From Carcharhinus amblyrhynchos (Eukaryota): a DNA stretch of 64,000 nucleotides. The notes beneath the pieces are model-generated. The model had not been told where the DNA came from. It saw only the letters and a program-made list of their open reading frames with translations, and did not search any database. Positions 52,861 to 64,000 of this stretch are shown here, piece after piece; position 1 is the first letter of the stretch, and the number at the start of each line of letters is the position of its first letter. The translations under genes were made by a program, and so were the position numbers. The DNA is taken from the NCBI GenBank assembly GCA_965287045.1, contig OZ336878.1:15128001-15192000 (forward strand), given 5' to 3'.

Positions 52861-53744
52861 AGTGGGATTTTCCCAAAAAAAATTGTAAGTGCCAAATTCA
52901 CATAACAACTGAAGTAATTCCTGCTGGTTTTTTCAGCGGGATTTTCAAAATTAATCTCCCACAGTGTGCATCACAGAGATCCCTAATGTGAATCTCATTA
53001 AAAAGCTGCGGGCAAGGCCTATTCCCACTGGAGAGGCTGGCAGCATAACGCTGAGTAGGCCGCTGCACGTGCACCAATCTGTCAGTGCTGAGATTGGTGC
53101 ATGTGCAGTAGCCCCACACTGCCAGACTGCCAACCGCTGGCCAAATCAATCGCTAGACAGCCCCGTGACCCCACATTGCTGGCTATGCAATCCCCCCCTC
53201 CCCCTGGGCTGCCTTAATCCCTACTCCCACCCAATATTCAGCCCCAATTGCTGGCCTCCCTTTGTTGCCAAATCTGTGCAGAGTGGCAGCAGGACCCCCC
53301 CGTGCCCACTGATCTCCGTCCAGAGCCACCCCCCCTCCCCCTGCTCCATTAGCCATTGTCCCCTCTGATTCCTCCCTTGGTACTGCCCAAGGGCACCTTA
53401 CCATTACCCCCGACCTCCTGGGGGGGGGCTTCCATGGCTCCTCTTCACTCCAGCGGGGTTGGGGCACAAGCTCTCCACTAGTGGGGAGCTATTGTAAACC
53501 CCGCAGGAGTGAAACACTCCTGGCGGGGGGCAGAAGGGAGGCTAGCTGGGCTGGAGATTTCAGTCCTGGGTCGCTAATGACATGTAAATGAATATTAGCA
53601 TAATTTATACAGTCTGCGCCGATTCTTGGCACAGAGCTGAAGACACCAAAAATCTGGGGGCCGGGGAGAAGCCTGTTACACGGCCTCCATTTGAGTTTCC
53701 CAGCCTGCCAAGCTGCTAAAGCAGTGAGCAGGGAGGATTGTCCC
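52861..53744. mobile_element. Non-autonomous DNA transposon (MITE) inserted in the Copia integrase
   Basis: GC-rich block with ends GGGATTTTCCC and GGGAGGATTGTCCC that splits the integrase reading frame. Confidence 0.65.
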
Positions 53745-55092
53745 CAAAACATTTCCGTCCTTGTCCAATGCCTTTAAATTCATAGCTATTGCTTCATTAA
53801 AGCCTCGTGCTAATACAAGACATACAATAAGTCATGATTGTGTCCTTTGATACTTCTTTCATATATCACGTTTTTCACTAATCTCTTCAATGAGTTTTGC
53901 GTACTCATTATCAACTGCCCCTGTATCCTTCAGTAGGATTTTTAATCTGTGACAAGAGGGATGAACAAATTGCCGATGCAATTTAATGTCAATTTGCTTT
54001 TTTCTCTCAAATTCCTGTCACCTGATGCCATTAATACCTCTTTAACATTCTGATTAGAGATGCTAGGTGTTGTTAAAAGGATGCAATAATGTCCTAATTG
54101 GGAAAATTACAAATCTACTGATTTAACAAAGACATTTGCTTTATCATATTCCAAGTCAAATTTCATTTGTGCCTTTTTCATGGATGATTTGCTCAGTTGC
54201 AAGGTTTCTTCACTAGATATTCCAGCTCTGCAAATAAAGTGGCTCACCCCATTAGTCAAATGGAATCACCACTCTTTTCAATGAGTTTACCATGTTGTCA
54301 TCCTGAGCCTGAACCCAGTAGAACTTTCATATTCCTTGACCTTACTTTGACCCTTACTGCTGAGTGAATCTAAATAACATTTCCAACAACTTATTCCACA
54401 TACTGTGGATGTGCAACCACTGTCCAATATAGTGTATTTAAATGAATCCATTACTATGACACTCTTTGCTGGACTGAAGGTTCTTATGATCAATCTAATT
54501 CCCTCAATATCTTCTTCCACTTTTGAACCTTCCATATCATGCTTTTGCTCAAAAATCCTGTTATTCCATTTTGGATAATTTAGTGCATAATGGTATTTCA
54601 AATCATATCTGAAACACCAGTTCATAATTCCCTGGGAATTCCTGCAGTTCATTCTTCTGTTATTACTGTATTCCTGTTGTTTGCCACATCTGCCAAACAG
54701 GTCTCCACCCTCATGTGTTCATCTGTGAATCTTCTGTTGTAGTGGTGCCACACCCCCTATCTGAACAGTTTTGAAATGTTGTGAGCATTGCATCCTCCAT
54801 GTCTTGTGACACTCCTGATTGTACTATTTGTGTACGAAGACTATTGGAAATTATGGTTTTCCCTTTTAAAACCTCAAACATCAGACCCAAAGCATGTCAC
54901 TTTCTGGAAATCTCACTGGAAATCTAAGACCTGGATCAACAAATTTGCATAATGCAACAGTTCAAAAGCAAGCAATGAATCGAGAGTTTCCAGATAAAAT
55001 TTCTGCAATCTTGCATATAGTCTGTTAAACTCCATTATATGGTCCTCTTGAGAATAGACATCCATTTTTCTAAATTTATTAAAGTCCAACCT

Positions 55093-55960
55093 GGGGCTGC
55101 AGACGGACTTGGACAGGTTAGGAGAGTGGGCAAAGAAGTGCAGATGGAGTACAATGTGGAAAAGTGCGAGGTTATGCACTTTGGAAGGAGGAATGGAGGC
55201 ATCGACTATTTTCTAAATGAAAAAATGCTTAGGAAATAAGAAACACAAAAGAATTTGAAGTAATTGTTCAAGATTCTCTTAAGATTAATATGCACGTTCA
55301 GTTGGCACTTAGGAAGGCAACTGCAATGTTAGCATTCATGTCGAGAGGGCTAGAATACAAGAGCAGGGATGTACTCCTGAAGCTGTATAAGGCTCTGGTC
55401 AGACCCCATTTGGAGGATTGTGAGCAGTTTTGGGCCCATATGTAAGGAAGGATATGCTGGCCTTGGAAAAGGTCCAGAGAAGGTTCACAAGAATGATCCC
55501 TAGAATGAAGAGCTTGTCGTATGAGGAACAGTTGAGGACTCTCAGTCTGTACTCGTTGGAGTTTAGAAGAATGGGGGGATCTTATTGAAACTTACTGGAT
55601 ACTTTGAGGCCTGGATAGAGTGGACATGGAGAGGATATTTCCACTGGTCAGAAAAACTAGAACCAGAGGGCACAACCTCAGGCTAAAGGGATAATCCTTT
55701 AAATCAGTGATGAGAAGGAATTTCTTCAGCCAGAGAGTGGTGAATCTGTGGAACTCTTTGCTGCAGAAGGCTGTGGAGACCAGGTCATTGAGCATCTTTA
55801 AGACAGACATAGATAGGTTCTAGATTAATAATGGGATTAGTGGTTAAGGGGAAAAGGCAGGAGAATGGGGATGAGAAAAAATTCAGTCATGATTGAATGG
55901 TGGAGCAGATTCGATGGGCTTAGGGGTCTAATTCTGCTCCTATATCTTATGATCTTATGG
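55093..55960 (+). mobile_element. CR1 3' fragment inserted in the Copia gag
   Basis: CR1 motifs and a (TCTTATG) tail. CCAACCT and CTAACCT flank the insertion. Confidence 0.88.
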
Positions 55961-56149
55961 TCTAACCTTGCCTTGTATGCATTTAATAGATCATCCCTCT
56001 TATAAATCTTAACCATAAATTTCAATAGAATATTAAAACTTTCCTTAGAGTCTAACTGACAGCTCCTAGCTCCAAAAATATATTGAGAAAAGCAAGTTTC
56101 TCTGGATGCTGTATTCATAATTAACCAACCATTAACACTGAGCGCATAA

Positions 56150-56846
56150 TTCAATCTGACACTTTAGTAGACTAGTAAGGGAGTGCTGCACTGTTGGAGG
56201 TACCATTTCTCAAATAACATATTAGACTAAGGTCTCATCTGCCCTCTCAGGTGGATGCAAAATAACCCACAGTATTATTCACTGAAGAGCCGAGGAACTT
56301 ACTTTGTGACCTGATCAACATTTATTTCTCAACATTACCTGAAACAGGTAATCTGGACATTTATTTCATTACTGCTTGTCATAAAATCCCATTGAATCCC
56401 AACAATACAGAAGGAGGCCATATGGCCCACAAGTCTGTACTGACCCTCCAACAGAATATCTTACTCAGGCCCCATCTTGGGACACTAAGGGACAACTTAG
56501 CACGGCCAATCCACTTAACCTGCACACCTTCGGGATGTGAATGGAAACTGGACCACCTGGAGGAAACCCATGCAGACACAAGGAGAATGTGCAAACTCCA
56601 CAGAGTCAGCCAAGACTAGAGTGGAACACAGGTGCCTGGCAAGGTATTGCTGCCCCACCTGTGAGGCAGCAGTGCTAACCACTGTTCAACCATGCCATCC
56701 GTTTGTGGGAGTTTCCTCTGCCCAGATGGGTTGCGGACTTTCCTACATTATAATAGTGATGGTACTTCTAAAGTACTTCAGGGCACACAGCTCTTTGGAA
56801 TTTCTGAAGGTCATGACGGCATTATATAAATGCAGGTCTTCTTTCT
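56150..56846 (+). mobile_element. Deu-domain SINE (SacSINE1/AmnSINE1-like), split by an HE1 SINE at 56380-56700
   Basis: AGGGAGTGCTGCACTGTTGGAGG...TCTGCCCTCTCAGGTGGATG...GTTTGTGGGA...TATATAAATGCAGGTCTT. Confidence 0.8.
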
Positions 56847-58101
56847 AATATGTTTTATCTATCCTCCTTTTCTGTTTCATATGAAAAAAATGTTGTCTGT
56901 CTCGTGCTTCATTTCTAGCAGGTTCCCTCATTGTGACTGTCTGAAAAGCCTTCAGTTGAATCTTCCTTGGTTGGTATAAAATAAAACTTCATTGGTTTGC
57001 CTTGTGTGGTCTACACAGTGACTGATAGTTACCCATCCATTAGTGTATAATATGTCCTTGCACCATCCCCATTCCCCATCCACATGAGATACAAGTGCCA
57101 GAGGCTATGAACCAATTTTTGTGTCTGTTGGGAGACCAATCCTACAAGAACTCTGATCTTCCAGAATAAACGTTCTATAATGTCTACACAATCCAAACTC
57201 AAACAGAGTATGTACCAATGAAAAGGAAAATTGGGAGGTTTGAAGTACAGCTAGGCAATCCAAGAGAACCAATTTTTTGGTGTTGCTCTGCCAACGATTC
57301 TGTCTTTGATTGCCCTGTATTCGCTCATATTTCTCAATATCTAAATGATGTTTTACACAAGGGTGTGTTTTGTAAGTGGGTTGGTGCTTTCTGTCGTGGG
57401 GTATAGTGACATGTAACACTGCTACCCTGCTCTCTTCTGCAGAGTTGTGCATGGAATCTTTTTGTAAACGGAAATGGGTAGCGTATGAGCGGTGCAATTT
57501 TTTGCATAAGTGAAATAATTTGTTTCGCACAGAAAAGATGCAAATTTAAATCACTTTTGCAAAGGATATAGTTTCATATCATAATAAGACTAATCAGCAT
57601 TAGAGACAAGGCCTCCAACCTCTGTTTCACCACCCCCTCAATTAACCCAGTGCCAATATGTTCTTAAGGGTTTCATCCTAAGGAATGAGAACATTGTCAA
57701 CACTTGTCTTCCATTATTCAGCATTATCAAGGGTTGATTTTTATGGAAGAATTATAAGGTTTATGTTAAGTAGTAATCATATATTTCGTGAAAGCAAATT
57801 TTAATAACTGTATTTTGTACTATAGACTGTGAGGTGCACAAGCATTTCTGATGTTCTGCAACCAAAGTAGAAAAAATGCATAATATAGCAATTTTCACAT
57901 CCTCTGCACATTCCAAAGTGTTTCACATTTAAAATGTCACAGTCATTACCTAATAATCTAGAGAAAGCGATCAAATTCCACTTTGGCAAGTTGAGAATTT
58001 GAATTCAGCTTAAGTAAAAAGCTAGTACTAGTAAAAGTGATTACGAAGCTGTCAGATTGCTGTAAAAGTCTTTTAATGGAAGACAATCTACTGGTCTTAT
58101 C

Positions 58102-58971
58102 GGGCGGAATTTTACGGCCACTTTATGCCCATTTTGCGGAGGGAAAAGGCCATAAAATCGGGTGTAAAGCGGCTGGCTCGAATGATGCCTGCTTTCGCGC
58201 TTGTCGTGATTTTACGACATGCGGATTTCTGGCAGGACCAGCCTCTCGCTGGAAATGGGTGACAGGCTGATTAATTTATTTGAATTTATGTGTTTGTTCA
58301 TTTCATTGTTTATAGTGAGCCCAGTGCTAAATTGTCCGGGCTCACATGCCCTTATAACCTTGCTGGGAGAGATTCTTTCTGGCAAGAACACCTACTCCCC
58401 ATGAATGGTGAACAGTTGTGCTGGCCTGGCCGATGTAACCAGAGGCCCCCCCAGGGAGGCCAAATGCAGGGCAGTGCCAAACTAACACCTGGGCAATGCC
58501 CACCAGGCAATGCCGGGGGCAGGGCCAATGGGAGGGCAGAGGATGTGCCTGTGGAGGCAGTGCTGAGGGCAGGGCCAATCGGTCTGGGTGGCAGGACTAC
58601 AATCAGCCTGGGCTGCAGGGCTGCAGTCAGTTTGGGTGGCGGGGGCTTTATCTTGGGCCGTGGGCCCCCACAATTAGGAGGGGTTATTGCTTGAGGCTGC
58701 CTGTAGTATCAGGGGCCTGACAGCTCTCTGTCTGTGAGACCCCTGCCACTGTTAATGCGCTTGTGCAGTATCAAAGATCTGCACATGCGCAATACCTCCA
58801 TCTACTGGCTGTCCCACCCACAGTCTCTCTGACTAGAAACTGACTAGCCCATCTTTTTAGAGACACAGTGCATAAGATTGGGTGTGAAAACTTGCCCAAA
58901 AAATGGATTTAGAATTCTCCCATTTTCAGTCTTGCTGGACACCTAGAAAAAAAACTCGTAAATCTCCACCC
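58102..58971. mobile_element. PIF/Harbinger-like MITE
   Basis: TIR GGGCGGAATTTACG / CGTAAATCTCCACCC and a 3-bp TSD (ATC). A related copy lies at ~61110-62388. Confidence 0.75.
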
Positions 58972-59029
58972 ATCAAGTCTGGACTGTTGTTGTCATCAGC
59001 TGACCCTTGATTTAAACATGATGTCTGCT

Positions 59030-60390
59030 CAGGGTCACAAGTTACTTCCATGGGTCTTCATTAACTGAACAAACTGACTCTCAACCTACAGATCTTTGGC
59101 CTATGGGGCAGGATGCCTTATGAGTGGAATCCAGAAAGCAGGATGTGTTTCTTTTCCTTTCCTGCTCTGCCATCAACTGCTTCATGGTTAAGATGGTGTG
59201 ACTCAAAGCATGATGCAGCCTAATGGACAAATTGCTACACTCTGAATGTTTAGTGGCAAGCTCCTCCCAGTCATGAAGGTCACTTCAAAGAAGCCTTCAG
59301 AGTGTCAGTGAAGTCTTTTTTGTCCTATCCTGGAAAGCAGGACCTTGCGGAGGAAATTGTTTTTGGCCATCCGGACACAATGTCCAGTTCACAGGCAGTT
59401 TTCCTGAATGCATGGGGAGCTAGCTTTGAGAGAGACATTAGTTTGTTTGATGGTCCACCAGTTGAATGTCCAGGATTTGAGGGCAGCACGGTGGCACAGT
59501 GGTTGGTGCTGCTGCCTAACAGTGCCGGGAACCAGATTCAATTCCTGGCTTGGATTATTGTCTGTCTGCAGTTTGCACATTCTCCCCATGTCTGCGTGGG
59601 TTTTCTCTGCATGTTCAGGTTTCCTCCCACACTCCAAAGATGTGTGGGTTAGGTTGATTGGCTATGGTAAATTGTGCCTTCGTGTCAGAGGGTCTAGCTA
59701 GGGTAAATGCATGGGGTTATGGGAATAGGGCCTGGGTGGGATTGTGGTCGGTGAAGACTCATTGGGACGAATGGCCTCCTCCTGCACTGTTAGAGATTCT
59801 ATGGTTCTATGTGGTAGAAGGATTGCTGATGGAATTTCTCTAGTGCTCTTATGCAAAGTTGATTCACAGTCCAAGTCTCAGTGCAGTACAGGTGTGGTGA
59901 TGACAACTGTCCTGTACAATGGGACTTTTGTTGACTAGTGAAGGCTTTTGTTGTTAAATACTTACAATGTAATTAGTAGAAGGCTGGACTGGGGCAGCTG
60001 ATCCAGTGTTAGATCTCCTCGTCAATTGTGGCCTTGTGAGGTAAGGACTGCTAAGGTAAGAGTATTGCTCCCTTTTGATGAATGAAGCCTTGCAGCACAG
60101 TTTGTCAGCACCCCTATTATATTTCACAAGCTGTGCAAAGTCTTGGTTATGACCCAGTGTTTCAAAAGGCAGCTAGTTCCTCACTCCGAGCATCAGGTTG
60201 AATCTGAAGTTGCCCCACATGAGTCTCTGCCATTGTTCCACGGAGGTCAACACTTTACCCACTTTGGCATAGAAGGAGCTGTTCCAACTCTTGATCACAA
60301 ATGTGTACATTACAGAAACACCGCTCCACAACCTGTTTCCATGTCAGGTTTGATGTGTTGTTTTACTTTCTACTAATTTGATACAACTTG
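59030..60390 (-). mobile_element. RTE-clade LINE relic with a nested HE1 SINE (59480-59810, plus)
   Basis: The reverse complement reads LYRTVVITT...TETWT and PKTISSA. Confidence 0.65.
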
Positions 60391-61546
60391 TTAGGCTACA
60401 GCAGATGGCAGTTAAGACTCAGCCATGTAGATGTGGGAAAGGAGTCACATATAGGCCATATGCTTTCTGCATAGGAGAAACTCGGACTGTCCTTGAATGT
60501 TGTATCTATCTGCATCTGGTCAGACAAAATATTCCATTCCCCCATTGAACAAGAGACTCTGGAATATGTTCCCTTTGATACTCAGGCTGCTATCCAAGCA
60601 CCAAATCAGGAACGCAGCAAAAATGCACTCAGCCTAATCAGCTCTGCAATGCCCTCCTCACTTAAATTTGGAGACCGGTGCCCACGTTGTGTGAGCTGCT
60701 CTGCAGAGTGGTCAAACAACAACCTGACCTACTGATAATCCTGGGCTCTCCCATTACCATCCTTGCAGAAATCCCACGGGTAGACTAGATAAGGTAAGGA
60801 TGGCAGATTTCCTTCTCTAAATGACATTAGTGGTCCAGATGGGGTTTACAACAGTCATGGCCCAGGTTCCTAGAGGATTACCCTGGGTCTCTGGATTAAT
60901 AGTCTGGTGACAATACCACTATGCCACCACCTTCCATACAACATGGCATAGCATACAACACATTCTTTGTAGAGGCAATGTCCCATTGTGCCCCTGCTAT
61001 ATGTCTGCGAATGCACAGGTTTGTAAACTCCCCATAGCAACTAAGCCCTTTTTACATGTAAACTGGTACTTATTCTGGAGAATAATGTTGTGGTTGTTCT
61101 GAAGATTAAGAGCCAAATTTTAATGGCTTGCCCTGCCCATTGATGAGCAAGAACTGAGAAATCAGGATCATGCCTGATTTCTTGGCTCTCGTGATTTTAT
61201 GAGACCCGGATTTGCGGCGTGGTCAGCTTCTCACCGGAAAAGGGCATGAGGCTGATTAATTTATTTAAATGCTGTTTAGCGAGCCTGCGCTTAATCGTCC
61301 CGGCTCACTTGCCTTTACGGCTTTGTCTGGAGAGGTTCTCTCCGATGAGGAAAACACCTGCTCCCCATGAATGGGGAACAGTTGTGTTGGCTTTGCCGGT
61401 GGAACTGGAGTTCATTTAGGCCCCCTGGGGAGGCTGAGGGTAAGGCGGAGGTGCCCCTTGGGCAGTGCCAGACTTTCAGTGCCACCCTGGCACCATGACA
61501 CTGCCAGCTTGGCACTTGGGCAATGCCTACTGTGCAACTTAGCAGT

Positions 61547-61811
61547 CATGATGTAGAGATGCTGGTGTTGGACTGGGTAAACACAGTAAGAAGTCTCACA
61601 ACACCAGGTTAGAGTCCAACCAGTTTATTGATAGTAATCTTACTAGCTTTCGGAAACAGAAACGGTGTTCCTTCGTCAGGTGTGTGGAAGGTTCTCACAC
61701 ACCTTCCACGTACCTGATGAAGGAACACCATTTCCAAAAGCTTGTAAGATTATTATCAAATACACTGATTGGACTCTAACCTGGTGTTGTGAGACTTCTT
61801 ACTGTGTTCAC
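61547..61811 (-). mobile_element. Palindromic Penelope-derived mini-element with two hammerhead-like motifs and a 9-bp TSD
   Basis: CTTAGCAGT at 61538-61546 and 61812-61820. Minus-strand CAC-CTGACGA-AGGAAC...GTTTCC-GAAA-GCTA-GTA at ~61683-61641, with a plus-strand mirror at ~61711-61746. Confidence 0.85.
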
Positions 61812-62388
61812 CTTAGCAGTGCCAGTTGATGGGGCCACTGGGAAGGGTTGGGGACTGTAGGGTTGGGACTAAGAAGGCAGGGCCAATGTGGGAGTTGGGG
61901 ACTGTGGGGGTAGGGCCAATGGGGGTAGGCCAATGTGGGTAGAGCCAGTGAAGGGTGAGGGGGCCCGCAGCCACTCTGCCTATGATCGGTGGGGGAGGAA
62001 AGGTGTGCCTGCAGCCATTCTGCGTGTGATCAGAGAGGGACAGAGGGGCACCGTCACTCTGCTTGCGATCAGTGAGGAAGGGAATGGGGACGCATTCAGT
62101 TTGGGCAGTGGAGATGTGGCAAGGACTGCATCTCAGGCTGCAGGCCCCTGTGATTGGTGGGCAGTTGCTGGTTAATGCTGCCAGCAGTAGCAAGAGCCTG
62201 ACAGCTCTCTCTCTTGTGTGTCAGACCCCTGCTGTTGCATTTGCCATGTGCAGCATCAGAGGTCCACACGTGTGCAATACCTCCCTCTACAGACTAGCTC
62301 GCAAATTAAGCCCAGCCCACAGCCTCGAGTGGCTAGAAACTGACTAGCCCATCTTTTCAGAGACTAAGTGCAGAAGATTGGGTGTAAA

Positions 62389-62476
62389 ATCACCTGATGA
62401 AGGAGCAACGCTCCAAAAGCTCGTGCTACCAAATAAACCTGTTGGACTTTAACCTGGTGTTATGAGACTACTTACT
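62389..62476 (+). mobile_element. Single-arm copy of the hammerhead mini-element
   Basis: CAC-CTGATGA-AGGAGC-AAC-GCTCC-[A]AAA-GCTC-GTG. Confidence 0.8.
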
Positions 62477-62742
62477 GACATTAACACTGCAATGAAGTTA
62501 CTGTGAAAATCCCCCAGTCACCACACTCCGGCACCTGTTCGGGCACCCTGAGGGAGAACTTAGCAAGGCCAATGCACCTGACCAGCAATTCTTTTGGACT
62601 ATAGACGGGAACCGGAGCACCCGGAGGAAACCCACATGGACACAGGGAGAATGTGCAGACTCCTCACAGACAGTGACCCAAGCTGGGAATTGAAACTGGG
62701 TCCCTGGTGCTAAGCAGTGTTAACCACTGTGCCACCATACAG
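62477..62742 (-). mobile_element. HE1-like SINE with the alternative tail
   Basis: Same family as 12710-13005. Confidence 0.85.
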
Positions 62743-64000
62743 CCCCAGGTGCTCTCTACAGTGCATTAATAACAATGAAAGCCAAACAAATCTTCTTACG
62801 TGACAAGCGTGCCATGTAAGAAGCATAAAAGCGTCCAATGTTTTCCTTTTAATACAACTGTCTTCCCTCAATTTGTTCACTTCCAAACACTTTTCAATCT
62901 GTCACCTCTGTTCGCCTTCTTGGTTAGATGCATTTACCCGAACAGGCACCAGAGTGTGGTGACGCAGAAATTTCACAGTAACTTCACAAGCCTTACTGGT
63001 GACTAATAGTTTTTTTTTACTTTTTCCTCGAGGACCCATAAAAACAGATTACAATGTCACCTAGAATTTTCATGTTTTACTGTAGCTCCAAATTTAAGAA
63101 ATACATTTATTATAAGATCATCCAGCAGTGAAAATTTATTGTTTCTTTTGGCCTGCTCCCTTCCCCTTTGTGGTTCACTTGAGACCAAAAAAAAACTCAC
63201 TACACATGTCTGAAATTACCACCAATCTTTTTCATTAGTTCTTCCCACCTCATTAAATTAACTAGATCCTGATATATAAACCACACTGTACCAAATACAA
63301 GTGCCAAAATAAACGACCAGTCCACGAGAAAGTGTTACACTTAGCATGGATCAGCTTCTATTTTCAACTGTTACAAATTTACATTCAACAAACAGCGTTA
63401 GATTTACAAATAGTTTATTTTCTCAATTAACTCAATGCCTCTCACATAACTGAGAACTATTTCACTGAAGTCAGATTTTCAATTATGTGGAAAAACATGA
63501 GAAGTTAGAACTGTCCTCCTTAGACCAGTGAAGTTTAAAAGGAGATTTATTAGAAGTGTTCAAGATTATGAGAGATTTTGATGGAGGAAATAAGGAGTAA
63601 CTGTTTCCATTAACATCCATGGTGGGAGGATGTCAGTGTATGTTGGAAATGGAGATTGAAACTGTATAAAATGTCAGTGTGCAAGTAAATCGTCAAGAAC
63701 TTGTTGACTTCTGCATCTTAAGTCAAGTGTGTTCGTGACTGTATAGGAAAGCTTTTATTGAGACAGGCAGGCTTGCTTTAATGTATACGCAGAACCTTTA
63801 ACCATGAATTCTGGCTTTAACTGTCAGTACACAGATTTCCCAGGCATCAATAAGATGCCACATAAAAGGTTAGTAAGCAAAGTTTTAAAGCACAGAGTAA
63901 GGGGTAAGATACTAGCATAAACTGAGAATTGGTTAAAGGAGAGAAAACAGTAGGAATAAATAGGTCATTCTCAAGTTGGTAACTTGTGTCCAATGAGGTA

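Larger units (their letters stand above)
51760..56115 (-). mobile_element. Ty1/Copia relic, GalEa-like: gag, protease and integrase
   Basis: Gag (KIYKRDDLLNAY...MEFNRLY), protease (ILDSGCTSTVCG), KLHRQFVHP and integrase (FHFIDIATRFS, DNGG, MCENMNI..NVAENPF.N). The integrase follows the protease directly, which is the Copia order. Confidence 0.75.

Noticed and set aside
57105-57530. 141-aa minus-strand ORF
   Set aside because: No recognisable homology, and the splice signals in this region favour the plus strand.
58490-58660. Short imperfect GC-rich repeats (GGGCCAAT, also at 61840-61940)
   Set aside because: Internal minisatellite of the MITE, not a CRISPR-like array: no constant repeat with unique spacers.

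Overview
Non-coding, transposon-dense vertebrate DNA, almost certainly from a shark or other elasmobranch (HE1 V-SINEs, HER1/CR1 LINEs and a Deu-domain SacSINE1-like SINE). I found no intact host protein-coding sequence. The ORFs I could recognise are fragments of CR1, Rex1/Babar, RTE, Vingi, Penelope, Gypsy or GalEa-type Copia elements. The host features are a CpG-island promoter at about 26.0-27.2 kb, a probable minus-strand gene (non-coding exon 1 ending at 26320 and a ~0.5 kb uORF-rich exon at 17666-18200) and a possible divergent spliced plus-strand transcript. The most notable structures are: (i) short Penelope-derived palindromes with target-site duplications, each carrying a pair of minimal hammerhead-ribozyme-like motifs; (ii) two long locus-specific inverted repeats in the introns of the minus-strand gene, one with a consensus splice donor in its loop; (iii) a dispersed 5S rDNA copy with spacer-like flanks; (iv) a V-SINE variant whose 3' tail resembles Rex1 rather than CR1. 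Element boundaries were judged by eye and are approximate unless a TSD is quoted.
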